DNA from: a virus
Taxonomy: Duplodnaviria > Caudoviricetes
Length of the DNA stretch: 64,000 bases
IMG/VR virus record: IMGVR_UViG_3300036770_008730
Direction: 5' to 3' (one strand)
A program made the translations under genes and the position numbers. Shown here in pieces: positions 8,178-18,396 of this stretch (its first letter is position 1; each line of letters starts with the position of its first letter). Below the pieces are notes generated by a model, which ran no database searches, was not told where the DNA came from, and saw only the letters and a list, made by a program, of their open reading frames with translations.

Positions 8178-8669
8178 TTATTTATAATTTTTAAGAAAAT
8201 CTAATTCTTCTTTACATAAAGAAGACATACCTGATATATTTATTTTATCTAAAATTGCATCTAATTCAAGTATAACTTTTACTTTAGATTTGATAACTGG
8301 TTTAGTATCTGTCTTTACAATATCACTAGCATTTTTAACAACTTTTGGAATATTATTTTCAACGATCTTTTGAGTTGGTTTTTTCAACTTAGGTGTAGAA
8401 ACTGGTTTGATGTTTTTAACAGACTCTCTTTCTTTTTTAGTCATAGGACAAAATCTTTCACAGATATAAAAATCATCAGGATTTGAAGTCTCTAAGGCAG
8501 CTATGGCATAGTCACCACCTGGCTCAATCCATATTTTGTAAGTGCCTCTTTGTTTACTTCTAAGTAATGCATCATAAGAAAGACGATAAACTTCAGAGAT
8601 ACTTCTCAATTGGTCTTCGTTGTGAGATTTTAGATTGATACAGATAACTTTGTTTATGTTGAATTTCAT
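8178..8669 (-). CDS. Hypothetical protein, paralog of 7743..8174, with C-terminal DUF6576-like motif
   Basis: Ends LDAILDKINISGMSSLCKEELDFL; colinear with its neighbour. Confidence 0.75.
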   Translation of the reverse strand: MKFNINKVICINLKSHNEDQLRSISEVYRLSYDALLRSKQRGTYKIWIEPGGDYAIAALETSNPDDFYICERFCPMTKKERESVKNIKPVSTPKLKKPTQKIVENNIPKVVKNASDIVKTDTKPVIKSKVKVILELDAILDKINISGMSSLCKEELDFLKNYK

Positions 8670-8688
8670 ATGTTATTTATTTATAATA

Positions 8689-8718
8689 CAAATATAAGGA
8701 TTATTTCTGAATTATCAA
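8689..8718 (-). promoter_or_regulatory. Bacteroidota primary-sigma-type promoter (TTG-N19-TATATTTG)
   Basis: Matches the -33 TTG / -7 TAnnTTTG consensus, 20 nt upstream of the ATG at 8669. Confidence 0.6.
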
Positions 8719-8791
8719 GTAATTATTTTTATTTTATTATTTATCACATGTAAATATACAAAAAATTTATAAAATTACGGGGATTTCAATT

Positions 8792-8800
8792 TAATATATA
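8792..8800 (+). promoter_or_regulatory. TAATATATA putative late promoter
   Basis: Exact motif upstream of the ATG at 8826. Confidence 0.55.
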
Positions 8801-8825
8801 CAAAAAATAAAATGCTTTCTAGTCT

Positions 8826-11800
8826 ATGAAGTATGTAAAGAAGAGAGATAGTTTCCTAACGGGAATAAAAGAATATAAAGAAACCGACAGTTATAAAAAC
8901 TTAGAACTAATACAGGAAGACGGTGGTCCCCTCCATAATGCTGTTGAATTTGGAGATTCTTGGGTGGGTAGATGGATCCATAATATAATGAGAGCTGCTA
9001 AAGAAAAAGTAGACAAAATGAGAATCGCTGGTCAAATCAGAAGGTTAAAAATGGCATTAGATGACATAATTCAGAATGATGAGGCTGTTAAAATGGAGAT
9101 TATAAAAGTAAGTAAAAAGGATCCTGGTCAAGAGACAACAGATCCTCTTAAAGGAGATGACCTACACGATAAGTTTCTAAAACTTCAATTGCATGTTTTT
9201 TTAGATGAATTAAATGCAGCTGTCGAGAAGGGACACAAAGTGAGTATTATAAAATCTCTTACTGATAATGCTATAGAAGAAGTAGAGAAAACTCCTGAGT
9301 TTGAGGGAAAGAAAGAATTATTGGAACAACTTAAAAAATTCAAAGAGTTCTTAAAAGACTTTGATGATGATGAGGGTAAAGAAGATCCTGACTTCAAACA
9401 AGAAAAGGGAGAAGGAGACGATGATGAAGAGGGAGATGAAGAAGATGAAGAAAAAGAAAGTGGAGATAATGAAGCTAAAAAGCTCTTCACTATGATAGAA
9501 TCTTTGAAGTATTTAGCTCTTATAATAGAAACATACAAAAGAGTTAAGATTGAGAGTAAGGCTACTCAAAAGGAAGTTTATACTTACATAACTAAACCTG
9601 GTGATACAGTTGAAAAGATTCAAAAAAGTCAAGAAATTAATAAAAAGAAATTACAAATAGCAGATATTCGTAGCAAAAATGAAAAGACACTAAAAAAATA
9701 TGCTAAAGATAATCAAACTTTGGCTCCTAACTTGAAATTAGTTATGGAAAATGTAGAAGTTCTTTTCGAGGATGAAGACTGTTTTTATATTTTGAATGGT
9801 GAAGATTATATAATTTTAGAAAAAGAAACATTCGGAACTGGTGGAAGCGCTGATAGACAAACTATCAAAACTTCTAATCAGAAAGGTGAGCCATTAAAAC
9901 AAGGAGAAGACCATTTGACTCAAGCTTTTGCTAAACTTAAAAAAGATATCGAAGTTTTAGAATCTGATAAAGAAAAGGGAATAGGTATAACTCCTAAGTT
10001 TATTAATGATATAGTGGCTGTTTATAAAGAGACTGAAAATAGAACTATAATTCGATCATTATATTCTGAAATCAATAGGTATTTAGTAGGTGATAAAAAA
10101 GCTACTATACAGGAAAAAGATCCGCTTTACAAAGAAAGTATTGAAGTAATTAAAAACCTACCTAAAAGAGTAGTTGTTGCTGAGAAAATAGCAAGATTTA
10201 CAAAAAGAGCTATTCAGTTTGATGGTGAGAATCTTTATGGGGGTCTTGGTGATTTAGGTAAAAATCTCAAAGGATACGTTGAGTCTATGAAAAAAATTAT
10301 GACTTATAAAATTGGTGAATCTAAAGAAAAGGGAGAAACTAAGTTTAAAGTTGGTGATTTAGTTACTTGGACTAATAAAGAAGGTAAAACAATCACTAAG
10401 AAAATTGAAAAAATTGAAAATGGTAAATATGTCTTTAAAAAAGAAAGTGGTGAAGAATATACCAAAAAAGAGGACACTTTGAAAAAGGCAGAGCCTAAAA
10501 AAGAAGAGGAACCTAAAAAAGAAGAAGAAGCAAAGAAAGAATCAAGACTATTAAGATATGACAACTATTATAGACTTATAACAGAGGCTGACGATAAAGA
10601 GGGAGTTCTTTCTGAAGTTAGTAGAAAGATTTTAGAGTTTTGGAGAGCAAACGTAGAAGTAAAAGCATATATTTTAAATAAAGAAGAGTTTGAAAAACTA
10701 TTAAAAGAATTAGAAGATGCTGAACTTAATCAAGAGGTAGAGATGCCGGTTTCCGAGGGTGATCCTAAGGCTGACAAATTGCCTGAACCTAAGAAAAAGA
10801 AAGTCAAGTTAGACGGTCTTGCATTTACTATCGATCCAGTTCTTCGTATTGTGAAGGCATTCAACAAAGCTTATAAATTACATACTACAGAAGTTATTCC
10901 TTCTGGTAGAACAAGTGGTGCGGTGTCTAATAGAATCTTTAGACAGTATACCTCTCTCGGTAGTGGTAGTCCAGATAGTGCTGGTAAATCTGGTGGTCCT
11001 TATAGAAATAATGCTGTATTTAATAAGTGGGAAGAAGCTGTATTGGATGTAATGGGTGAGAGTAAATATCAAAAGATTTTTTCACCATCTACCGTTCTAT
11101 TGAGAGGAGAAGATTTAGTGGAAAAGGCTGGTGCTAACTTAAGATTATTCATGTCAGATCTTTTGGATGGCGATAAACTTTATAAAGGAAGTGGTAGTTC
11201 TGGTGAAAAAGGAGCTCAATCTCAATTTTTAGATAAGTATTTTGGTTGGAAAGGAGATGATAAGGTTCTTTATGATGGTGGATCGAATGAGCAAAAAGAA
11301 ACAGGTGCTGTAGCGACAGAAGTTGATAAAAAGACCAATGAACAAATTGTGTCATTTACAAAAGATGATATCAAATTTACACAAGTTTCTGAGTTAGTTG
11401 GTACTATGTTCAAATTAGAAGATGCTGATGGTGATAAGTCTTATTATTTCTATATACACGAGGTATCTGGTGATTATTTCTATGTGACTTATACTAGAGG
11501 TTATAAATTCTATCATGATTTGATTCATAAAGAAGGTAAATATGGATTTCCAGATCTTTCTAAAATAAAAGGTGATGGTAAAACACCTAATGATAGCTAC
11601 AGTTCGGGTGATGGTGAGTGGGTTATTAGAGCAACAAAGATTGCGACTAGAAATTTTGATACTAAGACTGGAAAATTGAAACCAGCGACTTATGAGTCTG
11701 TTTATATTAGAAAGAAGGATAAAAAGCCTTTTACAAATAAGCAGGATGAAGTTGAAAAGTCATCGGAAAAAGACAAATTAACAGCAAAGGCGGGTAAAAT

Positions 11801-11954
11801 ATTTATATTGTCAGTTAAAAAGGATAAAGATGATAAAGAACCTAAGTTTGCTACTATTGAGAAAAAAGATAATCTTAAGGAAAAAGGTATATTCCCCGCT
11901 ATAAAGAACACTAAAGGTATTGGTGATAGCGATGTGATTTTCAAAATTCAATAA
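8826..11954 (+). CDS. Large putative internal virion protein with LysM-like and KOW/SH3-like domains
   Basis: Leader MKYVKKRDSF..LIQE; LysM-like YTYITKPGDTVEKI; KOW-like FKVGDLVTW; ~133-aa domain shared with 61096..62781. Confidence 0.6.
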   Translation: MKYVKKRDSFLTGIKEYKETDSYKNLELIQEDGGPLHNAVEFGDSWVGRWIHNIMRAAKEKVDKMRIAGQIRRLKMALDDIIQNDEAVKMEIIKVSKKDPGQETTDPLKGDDLHDKFLKLQLHVFLDELNAAVEKGHKVSIIKSLTDNAIEEVEKTPEFEGKKELLEQLKKFKEFLKDFDDDEGKEDPDFKQEKGEGDDDEEGDEEDEEKESGDNEAKKLFTMIESLKYLALIIETYKRVKIESKATQKEVYTYITKPGDTVEKIQKSQEINKKKLQIADIRSKNEKTLKKYAKDNQTLAPNLKLVMENVEVLFEDEDCFYILNGEDYIILEKETFGTGGSADRQTIKTSNQKGEPLKQGEDHLTQAFAKLKKDIEVLESDKEKGIGITPKFINDIVAVYKETENRTIIRSLYSEINRYLVGDKKATIQEKDPLYKESIEVIKNLPKRVVVAEKIARFTKRAIQFDGENLYGGLGDLGKNLKGYVESMKKIMTYKIGESKEKGETKFKVGDLVTWTNKEGKTITKKIEKIENGKYVFKKESGEEYTKKEDTLKKAEPKKEEEPKKEEEAKKESRLLRYDNYYRLITEADDKEGVLSEVSRKILEFWRANVEVKAYILNKEEFEKLLKELEDAELNQEVEMPVSEGDPKADKLPEPKKKKVKLDGLAFTIDPVLRIVKAFNKAYKLHTTEVIPSGRTSGAVSNRIFRQYTSLGSGSPDSAGKSGGPYRNNAVFNKWEEAVLDVMGESKYQKIFSPSTVLLRGEDLVEKAGANLRLFMSDLLDGDKLYKGSGSSGEKGAQSQFLDKYFGWKGDDKVLYDGGSNEQKETGAVATEVDKKTNEQIVSFTKDDIKFTQVSELVGTMFKLEDADGDKSYYFYIHEVSGDYFYVTYTRGYKFYHDLIHKEGKYGFPDLSKIKGDGKTPNDSYSSGDGEWVIRATKIATRNFDTKTGKLKPATYESVYIRKKDKKPFTNKQDEVEKSSEKDKLTAKAGKIFILSVKKDKDDKEPKFATIEKKDNLKEKGIFPAIKNTKGIGDSDVIFKIQ

Positions 11955-11955
11955 T

Positions 11956-12510
11956 ATGAAACATTTACTAACTTTTGGTCTTTTTTTAGAAAAGGTGGAT
12001 ATTAAAGATACTGATCCAGCTCATATTAGACTTGCTAAAGACAAATTAAATTCAACTGAAGATTATTTGACTCAATACCCTAATTTAAAGGCAAAGATAG
12101 ATAGTATCTATAAAGCTAATAAAGATAAACCTGAGTCAGAGGTTTATAAACAAGTTTTGGATTCTTTGGGTAAAGATGCTAAGTTAAGAAATCCCTTCGC
12201 TGTAACTTATGCTGAAGTAGCAAAATTAGAAATAGAAATTAAAAAAATGACAGATAGTATTTTAGTTGATGATACTGGAATGAAATTATCTTCTCAAAAT
12301 CTTTCATTGGCAACTTCTGAAGATACTAAGAAAAAAATGCAAACAGATTTGATTCAAATGAAGAAAAATCTTGATACAAAAAAGAAAAAACTCGAAGATA
12401 GTTTAAAACAAGTAGATAAGTCAAAGCAGCAAGTAAATACTGAAATCACGAAAACACAGAAAGAAATTGCTGAGGCTTCTAAAAAATTAGCCGAAAAGGA
12501 GAAAAAATAG
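11956..12510 (+). CDS. Coiled-coil protein with capsid-targeting-like leader
   Basis: MKHLLTFGLFLEK leader; K/E-rich C-terminal coil. Confidence 0.65.
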   Translation: MKHLLTFGLFLEKVDIKDTDPAHIRLAKDKLNSTEDYLTQYPNLKAKIDSIYKANKDKPESEVYKQVLDSLGKDAKLRNPFAVTYAEVAKLEIEIKKMTDSILVDDTGMKLSSQNLSLATSEDTKKKMQTDLIQMKKNLDTKKKKLEDSLKQVDKSKQQVNTEITKTQKEIAEASKKLAEKEKK

Positions 12511-12571
12511 AAAAAATATGATTTTTTAGATTTTATATATACTTCATAACATAAAAAATTAAAACAAAAAT

Positions 12572-15500
12572 ATGGCAATTCAAATTGGAAAATACAAAAG
12601 ACCAGGAATCTTCATAGAAGAATTTGACAATTCAGTTATCTCTTCTCCTATTGTAGAAGGAATAACTAACATGGTTATCGGGGTTTCTAAAAAGGGTCCT
12701 GTTAATACTCCTATTAGATTGACTACAACCGGAGATTTAGAAGCGGTTTTTGGTCAACTTGACAGAGGGCTAGAAAGAAAAGGTTCTTATTTCCACAGAA
12801 CTATTACTAAGATGTTGGAAACAAGTCCTATATTTGCTATCAATCTTTTATTAACAGATGATACATTAGATGTGATTGAGTATAAATCTCTTTCATCATC
12901 TTCTGGATATATGAATGATATAAAAAGAGAAGGTCCTTATAGAAGATTTTTTGATACAACTGGTTTCTGGAAGAGAGACACTGAGTCTTTTATCAATTTA
13001 ACAAAAAACAACACTGGTTATACAGAGAGAGCATTCAATATAACAAATTTATCTGATAAGACTATTTCAGTTTTTATTATCAAGTCTCCTATTTCTGGTT
13101 TTGATAGAACGTTAATTGAATGGTATGGAACTATTGATAAAATGCCTCCTTATGTTAATCAAAATGATTTTGCATCTGACTATTTAGTAGATGTGGTTGT
13201 TGTTGGTGGTGACTGGTCAAACTACCAAGAGCTAGCTGTTGATAACAGATGGAGTGCTTACTTCAACGCTTCTGGTTTGAGAAAAGACCAATTAAGAAAT
13301 TTTGCCAATGATAGAAATGTTTCGCTTTTAGCTTATTATGAAGGTCTTTCTTTAATTCCTTATTTCAGAGATGGAAATGGAAGAAATATATTTATTGAGA
13401 CTACAATTAATAGAGATACTGATAGAACTGGATTATTCTGTTCATTTAACACAGATTTAGTTGAAAAAGACTACTATACTGGTATGTTAGATTTACTTGG
13501 TAATACTATTGTTGATCAATCTGAAACTGATATAGATTTTCTTTCTTACAAAGAAACAATCGCTGAGTCAGTTATGTTTGAGGCTGTTCCTCTAGATTTA
13601 CCAGGTAATGTTACTGCTATGTTAAGTAGTGCAACATTTGGATATAATGGTGGTTATTCCTCACCAACAGGTCACGCTTTTGAATCAGCTCTTAGTAATC
13701 CACAAACATCTGGTGTATTAGTAAATGAGAATAATAGAACACCTTGGTTCGCTGAGGGTTATGTTCATAATGTTGAAAGAGCTTCTTCTGTGGCTTCTTC
13801 AACCTCTTCTATAACTGTTACTTATAATGTTTCAGCAGAAGCTTATTGTGTTATAGGTGATACATATATACCTGTTTCAGCGACAACTTCTCTAACAATT
13901 GATTCATTAGACTATCCTGTTTCTGCTTCAACTCAGGTTTATTTCTCAGCATTTGTTTTAGATGCATCTGGAGAAATTAGTGAAGTAAAAACAACAACTG
14001 CAAATACAAGACCAACTGTTGATCCAAGTGATATCGTTTTAGGATATGCTACATTTTCAGTTGCATCTGGTCAATTTGTAGGTAGTCCTTTTGTTAAAAA
14101 TGTTAGTGTTAATACAAGTGGATTTAATGATTTCGTATTTGGAACAAATTCTGCAACTGATGATTTCTTTGTTACAAATTTAGGTAGTGGTTCTATTAAA
14201 ATTGAATTTATTGGAACAAGTGCAAAAGCTTCTACCGCTAATTATGAGCAATATAGAAGAATTAAACAATTCAATAGAATGATTGATCTTATTGATAGTC
14301 CAAATAAAAATAAAATGAGTCTTTTATTAGGTCCTTCTTCTGGATATAGAAAGGTTAGTATGAGTACAATGACTATTTCAAATATCGTTACATCAAATGT
14401 TCTTAATAAATCCTTTACTATTAATACAGGACTTACTACAGCTGAGTTAGTTGATGTTCTACAGGGTTATCTTGTTTTCTATACAGAGGATAATGAAATG
14501 CTAATTGGTTCTTTAGGTATGGATACAACTGAACAAGTTCATGGTGGAACTTATGGTGTTGTTGGTAAGTATTCTAAATTTTATGGAAGATTTTTTGATG
14601 GTATTATTAGCACAAAAGATTTCTTTTATGATAATAGATTATATGTTTATTCAGATGGGGATGCTAATACAATAGCAACTCTTGGTAAATCAGTTAACAT
14701 TACATTTGTTGATGGTGAGACTGTAACAAGTGCTACATCTTCTTACGCTGGTTATGATTACATTGTATTCGAGTATGATTCTAGTAATTTTGATACACAA
14801 ATAGAGTTAGAAACATTTGAACAACTTGTATTTCCGGATTCAGATTTGAATAAAGGTTCTTTTACAATAGTGACAAATACTGTTGAGCCTTTAGATTCTC
14901 CTTCGGCATTAGCTTCTAACTTGGGATTCGTTAATACTGCTACTCAGTTTTATTTCGCTTACCAAGTAAATGAAGAGGTAAACTATGAATATTTAACAGA
15001 AGTAACTACTGTTCAAGATTACTTAACTAAACATTACTTAAAAATGTATTTAGAGAATAATGGTGATTTGAATGTTAGATTTACAGATGTTTTATTAGAA
15101 TCAGATGAACCAGCAGACTTTGTTGCAAATGCTAAGTTTATGGTACAATCTGAAAAGAGTAATCTTAAACAAACAATCGAAGTTGAACTTCCATCTGGAT
15201 ATACTAGAGTTCCTAACAAAGTTTTGATAAATGGTACTCGTTATACTGAAGTAAAAGTAGGTGACTTCTTAGAAGCTTATGTTGATACAACATTACTTCA
15301 ACCAGGAGAAGCTCCTAGAAAACTTACAAGAATTTTAAGTAAGAGACAATATGCGGGTGACCCAACTCTTACAGAAGTTACTTGTGATGCTAGAATTAAC
15401 ACTTATAGTTTTGATGGTGATTTACAAACTACTAGATTTGTATCAGTTGATCAATATGCTACTACTTATAAAGCAATATCACTTAAAGGATTTAGAATTA

Positions 15501-16513
15501 GACAAGCTTCTCTTCCTGATGGAACTGAAGAAAGACAAAATCAAATATTGAATCTTGTCGCTAAAGGAACTCCTTTATTCAAAGCGATTACAAATAAAGA
15601 GGCTATTGACTTCAGATATTTAATTGATTCTTTTGGATTAGGTTTAACTGAAAGATCTAAACAACAATTGGTTGACATTTGTGGTGATAGATTAGACGCA
15701 TTTGGTTTCATCAATATGCCATCAATGAGACAATTCAAAAACTCAAGTGGTCCATCTTTCGTAAATGCTGAGGGTGTATTACAACTTGAATTTGTAGCTA
15801 AAGGTGGTGACCCAGAAAGTAATCCTCCATTCTTATATTCATTCGGTGATGGTGCAGGAAGCACTTGTGTAGGGTACTTTATGCCTTATGTGATTGGTAA
15901 TGATAATGGTAGACCAGTTGAACTTCCACCAGCAATGCATGTGGCGACAACTTATATGAGAAAACATATCTCTAATGTTACATCTATCACACCTTGGACA
16001 ATCGCAGCGGGTGTTACAAATGGTAGAGTTACTAATATTCCAAGTACTGAATTGGATTTCACACTTTCTGATATTGAATATATCAATCAGGCACAGATGA
16101 ATCCTATAGTATTCAAAAGAAATAGAGGATATGTAATCGAGACTGAAAACACAGCTCAAACTCTTTATAGGTCAGCTCTTTCTTACATACATGTTAGAGA
16201 GGTGTTGATTGAACTTGAAAGAGAATTATCAAGAATGTTATTAGATTTCCAATGGAAATTCAATACTCCTGATATCAGAGCTGAAATTAAGTTAAGAGCA
16301 GATGTAATCTGTGAAACTTATGTAAGTAAAAACGGTCTTTACAACTACTTCAACAAAATGGATGAAGAAAACAATACAAATGAGATTATCGATAATCAAA
16401 TCGGTGTTCTTGATACCTATGTGGAACCAATTAAGGGTATGGGTATTATTGTTAATAACATTACCATCCTTAGAACTGGTGCTATCAGTGCGGGTGGATT
16501 CATCAATCCATAA
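12572..16513 (+). CDS. gp18: Contractile tail sheath protein (gp18-like) with large insertions
   Basis: N-terminal RPGIFIEEFD and GVSKKGPVNTP; C-terminal ENTAQT..SALSYIHVREVLI, FQWKFNT and EPIKG sheath motifs; TTTATATATA at 12532. Confidence 0.9.
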   Translation: MAIQIGKYKRPGIFIEEFDNSVISSPIVEGITNMVIGVSKKGPVNTPIRLTTTGDLEAVFGQLDRGLERKGSYFHRTITKMLETSPIFAINLLLTDDTLDVIEYKSLSSSSGYMNDIKREGPYRRFFDTTGFWKRDTESFINLTKNNTGYTERAFNITNLSDKTISVFIIKSPISGFDRTLIEWYGTIDKMPPYVNQNDFASDYLVDVVVVGGDWSNYQELAVDNRWSAYFNASGLRKDQLRNFANDRNVSLLAYYEGLSLIPYFRDGNGRNIFIETTINRDTDRTGLFCSFNTDLVEKDYYTGMLDLLGNTIVDQSETDIDFLSYKETIAESVMFEAVPLDLPGNVTAMLSSATFGYNGGYSSPTGHAFESALSNPQTSGVLVNENNRTPWFAEGYVHNVERASSVASSTSSITVTYNVSAEAYCVIGDTYIPVSATTSLTIDSLDYPVSASTQVYFSAFVLDASGEISEVKTTTANTRPTVDPSDIVLGYATFSVASGQFVGSPFVKNVSVNTSGFNDFVFGTNSATDDFFVTNLGSGSIKIEFIGTSAKASTANYEQYRRIKQFNRMIDLIDSPNKNKMSLLLGPSSGYRKVSMSTMTISNIVTSNVLNKSFTINTGLTTAELVDVLQGYLVFYTEDNEMLIGSLGMDTTEQVHGGTYGVVGKYSKFYGRFFDGIISTKDFFYDNRLYVYSDGDANTIATLGKSVNITFVDGETVTSATSSYAGYDYIVFEYDSSNFDTQIELETFEQLVFPDSDLNKGSFTIVTNTVEPLDSPSALASNLGFVNTATQFYFAYQVNEEVNYEYLTEVTTVQDYLTKHYLKMYLENNGDLNVRFTDVLLESDEPADFVANAKFMVQSEKSNLKQTIEVELPSGYTRVPNKVLINGTRYTEVKVGDFLEAYVDTTLLQPGEAPRKLTRILSKRQYAGDPTLTEVTCDARINTYSFDGDLQTTRFVSVDQYATTYKAISLKGFRIRQASLPDGTEERQNQILNLVAKGTPLFKAITNKEAIDFRYLIDSFGLGLTERSKQQLVDICGDRLDAFGFINMPSMRQFKNSSGPSFVNAEGVLQLEFVAKGGDPESNPPFLYSFGDGAGSTCVGYFMPYVIGNDNGRPVELPPAMHVATTYMRKHISNVTSITPWTIAAGVTNGRVTNIPSTELDFTLSDIEYINQAQMNPIVFKRNRGYVIETENTAQTLYRSALSYIHVREVLIELERELSRMLLDFQWKFNTPDIRAEIKLRADVICETYVSKNGLYNYFNKMDEENNTNEIIDNQIGVLDTYVEPIKGMGIIVNNITILRTGAISAGGFINP

Positions 16514-16534
16514 ATTGAAATTAAATTCAATAAT

Positions 16535-16561
16535 AAAAAAGAGGGTTATCCCTCTTTTTTT
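16535..16561 (+). terminator. Intrinsic terminator after the tail sheath gene
   Basis: AAAAAAGAGGG-TTAT-CCCTCTTTTTTT. Confidence 0.8.
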
Positions 16562-16610
16562 ATTCAACATAGATAGGTGTGTTTAATATATATCTAAAAA
16601 GGTATGTAAT

Positions 16611-18317
16611 ATGAATTTTGAGATTTTTAAAAGTCCAGATCCTTCAGGAAGGTTATCAAAAGAATCTTTTATTTCTAATAATTATCCAGAAGAATATATT
16701 TATATTATAGACTTTTGTAGTAAAAATGGAATGAATGATTTACCATTCAAAGAAAAAGTTTATTTAAGTGTTAATAAAATTAACAGATTACCAGTTTGTA
16801 AAAATCCTAATTGTAGTAGTTTGGTTTCTTTTAGAAATTCTACATTGGGTTATCGAGAATATTGTTCTACTAAATGTTTGAGCTCGGATCCGGATATTAA
16901 AAAAATAAAACAACAAAAATCTATACAAAAGTATGGCACAAACACACCCGCTCAATCTCAGGTTATCAAAAATAAAATTATTAAAACTAATTTAGAGAAA
17001 TGGGGAGCTAATTCACCAATGTGTGATGATGGCGTTCGAAAAAAATCTAAAGAAACTCTAATTAAAAATTGGGGAGTTGACAATCCTTCAAAATCTGAAG
17101 AACTTATTGAAAAAAGAATTGAATCTTTTAAACTAAGTGATTTCAAACAAAACTTCAAAAAAACATCTATTGAGAAATATGGAGTAGAACATCCTTGGAT
17201 GAATGAAGATATACACAATAAAACAATCGATTTCTTTTATCAAAACTATAGACAAAGAATTGAATCAAAGATAGATGGTGATTATAAGTTTGTCGGATTT
17301 GCCAAAGGAACGTCTACCTATTTAAACTTCTATTGTAAAAAGTGCGAATCAGATTTTGATATACTGACTTATCAGTTTTACTATCGAATTAATTCTAAGA
17401 TAAGTATATGTACAAAGTGTTTCCCTATTTCTGAAAGTTCATCAGTATCTCAAATTGAACTTTATAATTTTATTAAAGAGAATTATGATGGTGAAATACT
17501 TTTAAATACTAAAGATTTTATTAATCCTTATGAGATAGACATTTATTTGCCCGAACTTAATATAGGATTTGAATTTAATGGTGTTTGGTGGCACAGTAAT
17601 AAATTCAAAAAACAGAATTATCATCAAAGTAAAATACAAATAGCTGAAGATAAAGGAATAAAACTAGTAATGATTTGGGAAGATGATTGGCAAATTAAAA
17701 GAGAAATTTGTAAATCTTTTATTTTAAATAAATTAGGAAAAACAAAAAGTAGAATTTTCGCAAGAAAATGTTTAATACAAGAAGTCAATTATATGGAATC
17801 AAAAAAGTTCTTAGATGAGAACCATTTACAGGGAGATTGTAAGTCATCTATTAGAATTGGATTATTCTTCAATGATGAGATTGTTAGTCTAATGACTTTT
17901 TCAAAACTTAGATTACCTCTTCAAAGATTTGAAAAAAATAGAAATAGAAAAGATCATTTTGAATTAACAAGATTCTGTAATAGAATTGATAGTAATGTAA
18001 TTGGGGGAGCTTCTAAAATGATTAAATATTTTATAGAAAAGAATAATCCAAAACAAATAGAAACCTATTCTGATAATTTAATATCCTCTGGTCACTTATA
18101 TGAGAAAATAGGATTCGAATATACACATACATCAAACCCTGGATATTGGTATGTTGTAAATGGAATAAGACAGCATAGGTTTAACTGGCGAAAACAAAAG
18201 TTAATTAAAATGGGACATGATCCAAGTAAATCAGAGGAGGAGATTATGAATGAATTAGGATATTGGAGAATATATAATGCTGGTAATAAAAAGTGGATAC
18301 TAAATCTCGAAAAATAA
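16611..18317 (+). CDS. Free-standing homing endonuclease (Vsr/DUF559-like PD-(D/E)XK, Hef-like) with zinc fingers and KYG repeats
   Basis: CxxxxC/CxxC pairs, KYGTNTP/KWGANSP/NWGVDNP/KYGVEHP repeats, YEIDIYLPELNIGFEFNGVWWHS nuclease motif; own TAATATATA at 16584. Confidence 0.7.
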   Translation: MNFEIFKSPDPSGRLSKESFISNNYPEEYIYIIDFCSKNGMNDLPFKEKVYLSVNKINRLPVCKNPNCSSLVSFRNSTLGYREYCSTKCLSSDPDIKKIKQQKSIQKYGTNTPAQSQVIKNKIIKTNLEKWGANSPMCDDGVRKKSKETLIKNWGVDNPSKSEELIEKRIESFKLSDFKQNFKKTSIEKYGVEHPWMNEDIHNKTIDFFYQNYRQRIESKIDGDYKFVGFAKGTSTYLNFYCKKCESDFDILTYQFYYRINSKISICTKCFPISESSSVSQIELYNFIKENYDGEILLNTKDFINPYEIDIYLPELNIGFEFNGVWWHSNKFKKQNYHQSKIQIAEDKGIKLVMIWEDDWQIKREICKSFILNKLGKTKSRIFARKCLIQEVNYMESKKFLDENHLQGDCKSSIRIGLFFNDEIVSLMTFSKLRLPLQRFEKNRNRKDHFELTRFCNRIDSNVIGGASKMIKYFIEKNNPKQIETYSDNLISSGHLYEKIGFEYTHTSNPGYWYVVNGIRQHRFNWRKQKLIKMGHDPSKSEEEIMNELGYWRIYNAGNKKWILNLEK

Positions 18318-18396
18318 TAAACTATTAATAAAATAATTCTATAATACAGAGGACTTAATAGATCTCAATATATAATAAAAAATAATCAAAAAAACA

